Part shown: positions 37,850-49,540 of the stretch, in pieces | Position numbering within the stretch: position 1 is the first letter of the stretch | Layout of the letters: every line of letters begins with the position of its first letter | NCBI RefSeq assembly: GCF_018977255.1 | Contig: NW_024704742.1 | Coordinates: forward strand, 8,682,001 to 8,746,000 | Length of the DNA stretch: 64,000 bases | Direction: 5' to 3' | Source of the DNA: Callorhinchus milii | Lineage: Eukaryota | Notes under the pieces: model-generated | Told to the model about the DNA's origin: nothing | Databases searched by the model: none | The model's input: the letters and a program-made list of their open reading frames with translations, nothing else | Made by a program: the position numbers and the translations under genes

Positions 37850-39400
37850 CAAATCTTCTACTTTATCCAGAATGTCTATTCCAGCTCCAACATTCAAGTC
37901 AGGTTTGACAGTGGACTTGCAGAACCCATCCCTCTGGAAAGGGTTTAAGGCAAGGCTGCCCATTGTCACCCATCCTGTTCGATGTTGTTCATCAACGATG
38001 TGTTGGATGGCATCGAGGAGGAAGGATTTGATGTATCTGCTCCAGGCCTCTCTGACAGGATTTTGGGCTTCTGTTTGCGATGATATTGTGCTGCTGTCGG
38101 ACTCACCTGGGGACATTTTGTGCTGCACCTGCATGACCAATCTTGCAGCAAATAAGATCTGTGTGTGAACAATTCCTCTTTATATATCTGAGCTCCTGCG
38201 GATACAGTGGAGATGTTTCCTCTGGTCCAATTGTGAAGTCCAGGTCAAGCAGTGAGGTGGATTTGTGCAAACATGAAATTTGTGGCAAACATTGTGGTCG
38301 ACACTGACCTGTCACTAATCAGCCTGGAGGTGGAGGCAGCTTTACAACAAGGCATGTCTATTTGCCAAGGCCCCTCAACTGAGGAACTGGATTAAGCATC
38401 TAGTGTTTGGACATCTAATACATAGCATTGGACTTGGATCTCGAGAACATGAAGGTGGCTAGCAATTCAACCAGTTGTCCTGTAAAGGTTCTCCCACCAC
38501 ACTGAAGGCAGATGCCTGCCAGATAGCTGATGAGGAAACTGTGAGGCTTGGAGTGACAGCTGCTGAAAGGCGTTATCTGGAATCCAATTTCCTGACATAC
38601 ACGTTTGTAAATCCAGTACCTGGAATCCATTTTGACTGGCCTGCAGAGAGGTAAACAGCTGCTGCTTAAACTCCACAACTCCAACTGGTGGAACTATCAC
38701 TCAATGGGAAGGGACGTGGCCTGAACTGTGGGCAGGAAGATGGTGGCAATGCTCTCACACATTTCATGCTGAGCTATGTTGCCCTCCAGGAAGCTTGCAG
38801 GGAGATCCTGGTACCTGCCACCCCCCTAGTGAGGCTCAAACCCATGCTTGTCGGGTGTCAAAAGGCCAACTATCCTCGTGGAAGGATGACTATCCTCTTG
38901 GAGGAGTAGGTGGGTGGCCTTGGTCTACTTGAATCTGAACGGTCTCCGAGGTTAGATGTTTGGTAACAGAATGCAGAATCGAGTCAGTGTAACGGTCTCT
39001 GGTCCAGTTCCTGAGCGAGGCAGGTCTGCAGTTCTCCAGAGCACTGGTGATGACAGCACAGCACAGCCTGGCTCATCGGCAGGACCTGGAATGGCCGATT
39101 AGACACTGGGGGCAGGTAGTCATTCCACTCAACACCTGTTATCCTTGCAAGCCAAAGCCTGAATGGGTAAGGAGGTCCTAGATGGACAAGCAGAAGGAAA
39201 GCTTACCAGGCAGTGCTGTCAATGGCTCCAGCAACTACTCCACTCTGGAGTCCCCAAGCCTACGCCTTGCTCCCTGTCCCTAATACTTTCCAGAATTAAA
39301 TAAGCAGAATATGTCCCTCCAGGGACAGAGTACGTATTCCATTCCAATTCATGGGAATTTTCAAGTGTAGGTGGTATGCATGGAACTCTCAGTTGGTTTG
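37850..39400 (+). mobile_element. Unclassified non-LTR retrotransposon, RT to 3' region, decayed
   Basis: KGLRQGCPLSPILF at ~37939-37980 and DDIVLLSDSP at ~38079-38108. The downstream part is shared with 46710-47640 and five shorter copies. Confidence 0.8.
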
Positions 39401-39839
39401 AGGGTACATGTATTCAAGTATCCAAGAGAATCCAAGAGTATTGGATTCTTCTAATGCTCTTTTTGCTGGTCTTCATCACTCCAATACCCATAACTTTCAA
39501 TTCATCCAAAACTGTACTCGTTGTCTGGTCCGGGTTTTCTATCGTCTGGGTGGAGCAGTCTGGTTGACCACCACAGGAAGTCAGCACATCCTGCACAGCT
39601 GAAGAGCAGTCATTTTAGAGACAGCTGGAGGGAGTTCTTTGTTTAAAATGTAAAATGGTTTCTGAGAGACTTTGATAATCTGTAACCAAACCCTAAATCC
39701 ATGACAGTAACAAAACACAAGCCTCAACCCCACAACACATTTGTCGCTGTGCACTGACCAGCAATAATCTGCCACTGTTTAACCTCACAACCTGTTTCAG
39801 AATGTTAAATCCTCTATTTTATCTCTTCTCTTTCAGCAA

Positions 39840-42545
39840 AATCAAACCCGATTTGTTGAGCGTCTCTTGAAACCACGGCTCCTCATAGAATTACATAGAG
39901 TATTGCAGCACAGACACTGGCCATTCAGCCCATAGTCTGGTGTTTATACTCCACACAAGCCTCCACTCCACTGGTATTCATTCCAGTTGAGAATCAATGT
40001 CGTCCATAGCCTCTCTGGATATGATCTAACGACAGCTTAACTAAAGTTAGCACTTCCTACTTTATAGTCAGAAAACGTTACTCCTGGTTACAGCACCAGT
40101 TGCCAGGGACAGTACAAATTGTTAACATTGATAGTTGCAACAAACAACCCATTTACCTATTAGACTGGGTGACCTGTGTGACTGATCGCCTGAATACATT
40201 GGAGGAATTCTTCATGAGCTGCAATAAGTTCTGGGCAAATTTACAACACAACTTTCTTTTACTTTGAGTGTTTTGTAACCAATTAGCATATGAAATGATC
40301 TCATTTTAATCTAACAATACCGCTCAGGTGTTGATTAAGGAACAGACTAATTCATGGCCTCTATAACCATTCCCTCTCACCGAGGCAACACCAACATTCC
40401 CACCCCACCCACATCCCCCCATCCCCAACCAGCAGTGATGGTCGCATGGGACTTGTATCCACATCCCAAATTAATCCATCCCTTAATTATCTTTTTGCTT
40501 TGTAACATGCTTCTAATCTCTCTCCCAAAATCCTTATTATTATCCACTGCTCTACCCCCCCACCACTCAGCTCAGCACATTTCCCCTGGATGTTTCCCCT
40601 CCCCTCCCATCATCTGCTGCTCAGAATGCCTCTGTATGTCAGCTACGCCCTCGCTTCATACTCTAGCACCTCCCGACCTCTTTGACCTGCTCACCCCCAT
40701 TCTCCAATCCAGTTTCTGAGACTGCCCTGGTAAAGGTTAACAACAACATTCTCTCCATTTGCAACCAGAGATGTCTTTGCCTCCTTGTTTTCCTTGTCCT
40801 CTCTGCCGCCTTAACACTCATGTTCTCCTTCATCATGTCCAGGCTGATTATTCCATTGCCATGCTTGTTAGACTCCCCATCTTTCCTACCTACAGTATAG
40901 GTACCAGTCTCCAAGATCCTTGTTCTTATTTTTCAATCCCTTTACGGTCTCACACCAGCTACCTTGAAGGCTTCCTTCAAGCCTCCTGACCCAGCTGCTC
41001 CCTTCGCTCAGCGGGTACTGGCCTCAAGGTCAACACAACCCAAAAGTACTTTTCTCCACGACCCACTCCCTCCTCCACATTCCTCTGAAGCTACTCCAAT
41101 CCTTACCTCAGATGCCAAGTGCAAAGAGGTCCTGGACATTTTTGTTCACCAAAACTTGCAACATCCAACTGGTTGCCTTCTCCTCCTCACCACCCTCTCC
41201 TCCTACCATGGCACACACACTACTCTCATTTACCTCATCTCTCCTGCCTCCCTTTCCCCTACCATCATCAAAATGAAACCCACCACCTGCTGCCTTGACC
41301 TTCCACGCCCAGCTTCTGATCAAACAATATCCCCTCCTCTGCCCCACTGCTGGCTGACACAATCAACCAGTCCTCTCCTTAGGCTCTGTCTCACTGCCCC
41401 TCAAAACTGCTGGGGTTACTCCTCACCCTCGATCCTTCCAACCTCAGACCCGTCTCAAACCTGCCCTTCCTGGCCAATTTTTGGAGTGCATGGTTGCCAA
41501 TCAACTCCAATCACACATCTCCCTCCACTCCCTACTCGAAACCCTCCAGTCTGGTTTTCGCCCAGCCCACAGCACAGAGAAAAAATAACCCCAATTTGTT
41601 GAGCCTCTCCTGAAAGCACGGCTCCTCATAGAATTACATGGGGGTGTTACAGCACAGGCACTGGCCATTCAGCCCATAGCCTCGTGTTTATACTCCACAC
41701 AAGGCTCCACTCTAATATTCATTTCCTTTGAGAATCGATGCCGTCCAAAGCCTCTCTGTGGCTGTGATAAAACACACACTATTCTAACTGATATCAATAT
41801 CCATAGTTATAAACCTCAGAACTTCATTTGTTTTTTTATTCTCTTTTAGAACTTTAATCTACATATCTATTCCTTACGATCTCTCTGTTCCTCAACATCA
41901 GTAACCGTTACTCCTGGTTACAGCATTAGGTGCCTGAGACAGTACAAATTGTTAACATTGATAGTTAAGCAAAACCCATTTACCTGGTAGCCTGGGTGAC
42001 CTGTGTAGCTGACCAGCTGAATACACTGGAGGAATTCAACCTAAGCTGCAATACGTTATAGGCAAATTTGCAACGCAACTTTCTTTCAATTTCACTTTTG
42101 AGTATTTTTGCAACCATTTCCTCTCATCGAGGCTACACCAACATTTCCTCCCACTGCCCCATCCCGACCAGCAGTGATGGTCATGTAGGACTTGTGTCCA
42201 CGTCCCAAATAAGTCCATCCCTTAATTTTCTTTCTGCCGTGAGCACCTCACTTTCTAACATCCTTCCAATCTCTCTCTCAAAACCCTTATTATTATTCAC
42301 TGACTTTCAGCTCTCCAAGGTGTTGGATTGAATTGTTCCCTCACAGCTTCACTCCTTCCTTTCCAATCCCTCCTTCCTTCAGCCCCTCCAATCCAGATGG
42401 GTCTGCCCTGGTTAAGGTTACCAACAACATTCTCTCCATTTGCAACCAGATATGTCTTTCCTTGTCCTTTCTACCGCTTTGACACTGTCATGTCCTCCTT
42501 CATCATGTCCAGGCTGATTATTCTATTGCCGTGCTGGATAGACTC
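39840..42545. repeat. Old diverged tandem duplication (~39840-40880 vs ~41585-42545)
   Basis: Collinear blocks cacggctcctcatagaattacat, cgttactcctggttacagca, gacagtacaaattgttaacattgatagtt and tccttcatcatgtccaggctgattatt. Confidence 0.85.
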
Positions 42546-42599
42546 CCCACCTCAAATCCGCTGGCATTACTGCTCTCCCTCGATCCCTCCAACCTCAGA

Positions 42600-44490
42600 C
42601 CCATCTCAAACCTGGCATGAGTCCTCTCCTTAAAAAAACCCTTCCTTGATCCCTCCAACCTGACAAATTTCAGACCTGTCTCAAACCTGCCCTTGCTGGC
42701 CAAAATTTTGGAACACGCGGTTAGCAATCAACTTCACTCACACCTCTCCCTCCACTCCCTACTTGAACCCCTCCAGTCCAGTTTTCACTCAGCCCACAGC
42801 TCATCTCTGCCGCAATCGCCACATTCGACCACACCATCCTCCTCCCATCAGCTCTCCTCCCTCATCTACCTTAGTGGGACCACACTCGCATGGTTCGAGT
42901 CCTATTTAACTAACTGCCTACATTTCATCTCAGCAAATGTTTCCTCCTCGTGCCACCACCAGTCACCTGTGGGGTACCCCAGGGCTCCATCGTTGTCCCT
43001 TTTCTTTTCCTTATCTATATGCTTCCTCTGGGCGATGTCATCCATAGACACGGGGTAAACTTCCACCTGTATGCGGATGACACACAAATCTACTTTGCCT
43101 CCTCCAGTACCAACTCCAGGTCCACTGATGTTCTATCAGCTTGTCTGGCAGACATCAAGGCCTAGATAAGTGCAAACTTCCTGCAGCTGACAAGACAGAA
43201 GTCATACTTCTTGGACAAGACAGACGTCATACTCCTTGGCTTCCATCAACGTCTTCATTCCTGTGGGTCTAAACTCCTCAAACTCCCTGGGATCTCCCTC
43301 AGATTCACCGAAACAGTACATAATTTAGGGATCGTCCAGTTCAATCCCCAGCTGCCTTTCCATCCCGAAATCCGGTCCCTGACCAGGACCGCCTTCTTCC
43401 ACCTCTGCCACATTGCCCTCCTCTGACCATACCTTACACCAAATGCATCCGAAACCCTTGTGCAAGCGTTTGTCACCTCCCACTTGGATTACTCAAAACA
43501 ATCACATACTGACCCGGACCAAACTCCGTACCCACATCTCACCATTTCTGGCCCAGGCTCCACTGGCTCCTCATCACCGAATGGATCGACTTCAAGATCT
43601 TCCCTCTCGTGTTCAAATCCCTTCATTCCCTGGCACTTTCCTCCCTCTCCAACCTTCTCACTGCCCAATCCATCACCATCAGAGGTCATGCTTTCAGCCA
43701 TTTTGCCCTAAAACTCTGGAACACACTCTCTCGATCCGTCCACCTTGCCCCATCTCCCCTCTTTCAAGTCCTGCCTGGAATCTTTCCTTTTAAACCATGC
43801 TTACGGTCACCTCCCCTCTCAGGGCTCTGAGACGCTCCCTGCGTGGAGGGCGCTATACACGCAAGTTGTTGTTGTTGCTGGCCAAAATTTTGGAACGTGT
43901 GGTTGCCAATTAACTTTGCTCACACCTCTCCCTCCATTCCCTTCTCCAACGGCTCCAGTCCAGTTTTCACCCAACCCAAAGCACAGAGTCAGCGCTTGTC
44001 AAAGTGAAAAATGACATCCTCTCTCTCTGTGACAAGGGCTCCCTCTGCCGCCTTATTCTCCTTGAACTTTTCGCCCCGTTTGACACAGACGATCATGCTA
44101 TCCTCTTCCACCTCCACTCCTCCCTCATCCACCTTGGTGGGACCACACTAGCATGGCACTTGACTAACCGCCAACAATTTATCTCAGGAAATGGGTTTTC
44201 CTGCCCCCGCTCGATCACCTGTTGGTACCCCAAGGCTCCATCCTTGGCCCCCTTCTTTTCATTATTTACATGCTCCCTCTCAGCAATGTCAGCTGCAGAC
44301 ATGGGGTCAACTTCCACGTGTATCCAAACCTACTTCCCCTCCAGCTGCGTCTCCCAGTCTGCTGGTGTCCTGTCAGCTTGACTGAGGGACATCTAGGCCT
44401 GGATGAGCGCAAATTTCCTGCAGCTGAACATCAGCAAGACTGAAGCCATACCAGTTGGCTCCCATCAACATCTTTGCTGCGGTTCAGAAC
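42600..44490 (+). mobile_element. Two tandem L2 LINE RT fragments (42600-43875, 43880-44490)
   Basis: GVPQGSIVVPFLFLIYMLPLGDVI...FHLYADDTQIY and [19 protein letters not shown]. Confidence 0.9.
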
Positions 44491-44495
44491 TCAGA

Positions 44496-44775
44496 TAATA
44501 ATAATAATAATAATCCTTGCATTTGATATAGCGCTTTTCACGTCAGGAGGACGTCCCAAAGCGCTTCACAGAACACACTGTAAAGTGAATTGACTGTATA
44601 TTTGTGGGCGAACGCGGCAGCCAATTGCACACAGCAATGTCCCACAAACAGTCGTAGATTGAAAATGACCAATTTTATTATTGTTTTTGGTTTTGGAGGG
44701 ATTATTATCAGACGTGTGGAGTAAGGAAACTTGCCCAAGGTTTTGCCCTCTGCCTGGAATTGAGCTCAGGTCTCA
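44496..44775 (-). mobile_element. SINE (same family), 5' truncated
   Basis: Near-identical to 24418-24738. Confidence 0.9.
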
Positions 44776-45060
44776 GATAAGAGCGTTAGAACATCCTCCC
44801 ATAGTGAAAGATGCTGTATAAATGTAAAATGATATTGTATTGCACTTGTGACAGTGAGTGTCAGCCTAACCCTGTTATTATTATATTATTATTGTATTTA
44901 TATTATATTGTTATCAGTAATGTCAGCTTTCTGCAGCAGGAAGCCTGGCTGGTTTAATCTCCTTGTCCCACAGACACTCATGCAAATTAGTAGCCAGACT
45001 GCTGCACATTGATTGATTTATTGAAATCATTCATATCAAATCAAGGATTATTATATTGAT

Positions 45061-46000
45061 TTATTTTTTCTTTTGAAAACATTTATAAACCTCTTCACAT
45101 GCTCGTATCTCATCCTCCATCGTATCAGCTGTTTCTCATATCTGCTTAGCAATTCCTGACTTGTTAAGGCAGTTAAAGGGCGGGAAATTGTCTGCTCCAG
45201 AATAGACATTACAGAGTCTTGACAGGACTCGATAAACCTTCTCTTAATATTTCATCATTAAAGAACAGGTTCACACTGTGGAGCTTCATCAATAGACCTG
45301 ACATTTCTCTGCTGACCTTTTTATATCGTTCTATGATTCTATGAACTCTTTTCAGTTTGTCTGTCTGTGTAACACCCACGTGTCTAGTCACACCATCCCC
45401 AGCTACACCCTTCCTGCCTCCCAGGGCCACAAGCACCAACCTCGTGCTCAGTGAGAAAGGGGCAATGATTATTGCTGTAATGGAGAGTTGCACTCTACCA
45501 CACACAGTAATATTCACTGTGGGGTCTTGTTTAGGATAATTGACGATGTCATCTGCGATCTCTCGCAATCCTCTCACGTGTCCTCTCATCCATTCTCTCC
45601 AGACCGGGAAATAGTTTTCAAAAGTTTCAATTATCTTTTCCAGAACAACTTTGTTCCCTTTCCTGTTAATGAGATAAAAAGCCAATCAGACAGAGCCATG
45701 TGACAACAAGTGATTCATTCACAATATCCGGCAGTGTATTCAGCAGCTGCCTCACATCTGTACGTACCTGTCCCGGTGTCACTGACTGTGTCTGTTGAAT
45801 AAGGGAGAAACAGGAGCCATTATCACTGGTTATTATCTGGTACCAACAGAGTGAACAGACACAATCCTGACTGATACAGTGACCACACAGGAGGGAATGT
45901 CCTCACCACTCGCGGGAAAACAAAGCGTTCTCCCCTCAGCAGCAACAGGAGCAGAGCAGCAATGTGACAGCTCCACCGCTGTCAAGGTTTGGGTTCTTTC
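45061..46000 (-). pseudogene. APOL: APOL-like pseudogene, copy 3: exon B 46000-45907, exon C 45791-45768, terminal exon 45662-45061
   Basis: FPVWREWMRGHVRGLREIADDI...IIAPFSLST...KRVHRIIERYKKVSREM aligns to copies 1/2. A frameshift near 45220 is followed by IAKQI*ETADTMEDEIRACEEVYK (CGA>TGA). Exon C is 24 nt rather than 25 and lacks the ATG. Confidence 0.85.
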
Positions 46001-46709
46001 CTGACAAACACAGTGGGTCACACAGGAGCCGCGAGTGGGGAACACTCAGCATTGATGATATTGTGCAGGAGTTTCACCCGAATTTGCTTTACAAGTTTCC
46101 TTATTCCGCACACCTATGTTTACCCATCATTAATTAGGATCCCGGTTGTAATGTGATTGGCAGATCACTTTCCGGGGGTAATAATCCCTCTCCCCAAAAA
46201 ATAATTTGGTCACTCAATCCACAACTGTTTGTGGGACACTGCTGTGCACAATTGACTGCTGTTTTTCGCCCACAAATACACAGTCAATCCACTTTATATA
46301 TCCTGTGATACACTTTGAGATGTCTCAAAAATGTGATAAGGCGCTATTTCAAATGCAAGGATTATTATTATTCTTTCAGAGTGCAGAATTTGGCAAATTA
46401 TTCAATTTAGTTGCAACTTTGAAGCCCGTTTTCTTTCGTTTTTAAAATAACTTATAGCAACAACAAGAACAAATTACATTTGTCAAGTGCCTTTCACGTC
46501 AGGAGGATGTCCCAAACCGCTGGAAACCCAGCTTCAAAATTAAAGCCCGGGATTGAGAATTTGACAAATTGTGAGCACTCAGAATTTCTGTGTTACAAGA
46601 GCAAATTTAGCCCCAAGGCAGGAATTTCTACCCAATCACTTCTCTCCTCTTAATGTTAGTGTTACACATCTCTCCCCACACACACACACACATACACTTC
46701 TCCTCCACA

Positions 46710-47640
46710 CAGCATTGGACTTGGACCTTGAGAACATGAAGGTGGCTGGCGCTTCACAAACTGTCCTGTAAAGGTCCTCCGACCACAGACAGCTGAGGAG
46801 GAAACTCTGAGGCTTGGGGCGACAGCTGCTGGAAGGTGTTACCTGGATCCCAGTTTGTGAGACACATTCATATGCCCAGCGCCTGGAACCCACCTGATTG
46901 GCTGCAGAGAGACCGGCAGCTGCTGCTAAACTCCTCATCTCCAACTGGTGGGACCATCTCTCAATGGGAAGGGACATGGCCCGAGCTGAGGGCAGGAAGA
47001 TGGTGGCGATGCTCTCACATATTTCATGCCAAGCTGTGTTGCCCTGGGAAGCTCACAGGGCATTCCTGGTACCTACTGTCTACCTCGTGAAGCTGAAAAC
47101 CACCCTTGTCAGATGACGAACGAGTACCCTCCTTCGGGTAAACTGAACTGGCTCCAAAGTGACATGCCTGGCAATGGAATGTCGGAATCGAGCCAGGCCT
47201 CTGAGGTGGTATCTAGTCCAGTTCCTGAGGCCAGGCGGATCCTCAGTATTCCAGGGCATTGCTGATGGCAGCACAGCTGGCTCATCAGCAGGTCCTGGAA
47301 TGGCAAACCAGTCACTGGGGACAGGGAGTCATCCCACTCAGTTCCCAGTAACCCTGCGTGCCAAAGCTCTAATGAGTATAGTCCGAGCTGGACAAGCAGC
47401 AAGAAAGCTTGCTGGACAGCAATATCAATGTGCAGTTTTAGCTGTTAGACTTCCAGCTAATATTTTCCAGAATTAGGTAAGCAGGATGTGTCCCTCCAGG
47501 GAGAGAGTGTTCACTCTATTCCAACCATCTAGCTCTGGGATTTCCATGTGTAGATGGGATGCATGGAAATCTCAGTTTGGTTTCTTAAACCTGGTGATGG
47601 GTTTCCGCATGTGTCAGATACCCGGCTGAGGAAAAAAAAG
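46710..47640 (+). mobile_element. Unclassified non-LTR retrotransposon 3' part (family of 37850-39400)
   Basis: Collinear with 38425-39400; ends tgtcagatacccggctgagg followed by poly-A. Confidence 0.75.
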
Positions 47641-48472
47641 GTTGAGTCTTCCTCTTCAGCAGGAGCTGCAGATTTCTGGTGCTAATTCTGGGCTTCCTGT
47701 TCTTCAAGACAAACCAGATACAAACCAGACCCTGTTCTTCAAGACAAACCAATGACAGTGGGGCAATAATAATCTTTGAATCTGATATAGCACCTGAAAT
47801 TGAAAGATTTCGAAGAGTTGAATGACCAATTTTACTGGATATTCGATGGCCAGGATACCAGAAGATGCACTTTACTCTGTCCATACAGTGGCTTCGATTC
47901 TCAACATCTACCTGATCAGGTAGCAAGTCCAAATCTCTATAATTTCTGATTTCAACAGCAAACAACTTGTATTTATGTAGCACCCTTCACTTAGGATAAG
48001 GTCTCAAGAATACTGTACAGAGATGGGGAGTGGACGAGGGACAAGGGGAAGTGATTGTTGGCGTGGTCGGAGTGAGGCTTTCAGGTGTGATTTAAAAATG
48101 AATTAAAAACGGGGGTGAGTAAGAGGGATTAAGGATATGAGTTCCAAAGATTAGAGCCATAATTAGATGAAGGCTCGGCTATCAATGCTGTGAAGGGATC
48201 AAGGGACTGTGTTACCTGAACAATGGGAGTACTTCTTTAAATTAAGCAAAATTCATTAAAAAAAACAAGACCAGTATTACAGTTACAATTTATATGGGTA
48301 TAATTGTTCCCTGTTTCACCCAAATCAATGCAGAAATGTTTGAAGCAATAAAAATTCAATCAATGGAAGATTCCTACTGTATTATTTACTGCATTGGAAG
48401 TATGTGATCAATCCGTTAGGAAGACAAATTGAATCAGGAGAGGTTTACAATAACTATCAAAAACTGCTATAG

Positions 48473-48490
48473 TTTATTACAGTGTTTATT
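48473..48490 (-). promoter_or_regulatory. Candidate ARL9 polyadenylation signals (two AATAAA)
   Basis: tttatt at 48473-48478 and 48485-48490, ~290 nt after the stop codon. Confidence 0.45.
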
Positions 48491-48770
48491 ACAACAACTT
48501 TGGACAGCTTTCTCAACAATCCGATGATGTGCAATAAAGTGCAAAACATACCTCCACTATGCAAAAACATTCCTGGCTATATATTAAGCCCAGATGTGTT
48601 TTTACAACTCGTTCCTTAAATGGGAGGGGGAAAAAATCAGTTTCTCCATCGCACAAAAAAGAACAGAGATTTGCAATGAGCTTTGCTTTTTAAAAAATGT
48701 TGCTTATGAAAACATGACCAACAGGTAATTAGTAAAAGCAGAATCAGAACAGGGGTTACAAGCTCAATCA

Positions 48771-48944
48771 TCAGTTTAGCACCAGCTGGGCGATGAGTTC
48801 CTTAGCATCTTGGACACTCGTTGGTATTGGTGACCCATCCTCGGCCACGTGGGTTCCAATGAGGAAAAGCTTCCTCTCATCACCGAGCTCAGACAAGGAA
48901 AGCTGCTCATGGATTTCTAAAATGCTGTACGCCCCTTCGAGGTC
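48771..48944 (-). CDS. ARL9: ADP-ribosylation factor-like 9, exon 4
   Basis: tttcag|DLEGAYSILEIHEQLSLSELGDERKLFLIGTHVAEDGSPIPTSVQDAKELIAQLVLN*. This C-terminus resembles ARL9 rather than ARL10. Confidence 0.92.
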   Translation of the reverse strand, partial: DLEGAYSILEIHEQLSLSELGDERKLFLIGTHVAEDGSPIPTSVQDAKELIAQLVLN

Positions 48945-49134
48945 CTGAAAGATAGTACAATAACCAATGTTAGCAACTTAAAGATAAGCAATTTATCCTT
49001 TCAGGTTGGTCCGACGGGTGCCCCTGGGGCCAATTTCATCCGCCCCCCCACCCACCTCACTCTATTTCATCTGGCCCACCCGCTCCATCCATAACCCCTC
49101 AATGCTATGTTCCTGAAAGGGAAACACAGAAAAA

Positions 49135-49540
49135 TTGCTGGTGAGGGAACGGATGTGGGGTAGAGAGGAAAGCTGGGGATCGAACCTGACGCTTAAGTTG
49201 CGCACGGGTTCAGAGAGTCTGAGGTAGAACCCAGGGAGGTTGAGGAGTTCAGACCTGCAGGAGAGAAGATGTTGATCGGAGCCAAAGAGTATGGCTTCCG
49301 TCTTGCCGACATTCAGCTGCAGGAAATTTGCGCTCATCCAGGCCTTGATGGCCGTCAAACAAGCTGACAAGACATCAGCGGATTGTGAGTCGCAACTGGA
49401 GGAGGAGAAATAGACTTGGGAGGCATCTGGATACATGTGTAAGTTGACCCCATGTCTGCCGATAACATCGCCGAGAGGGAGCATGTAAATAAGGAAAAGA
49501 AGGGGGTGAGGGTGGAGTCTTGGGGTGCACCGCAAGTGAC
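49135..49540 (-). mobile_element. L2 LINE RT fragment
   Basis: LLFLIYMLPLGDVIG...[23 protein letters not shown]. Confidence 0.88.

Noticed and set aside
38103..38315. Apparent extra APOL upstream exon (ag...CAG|gtgagt on the minus strand)
   Set aside because: Lies antisense within LINE RT sequence (DDIVLL motif); the frame matching exon A contains a stop.
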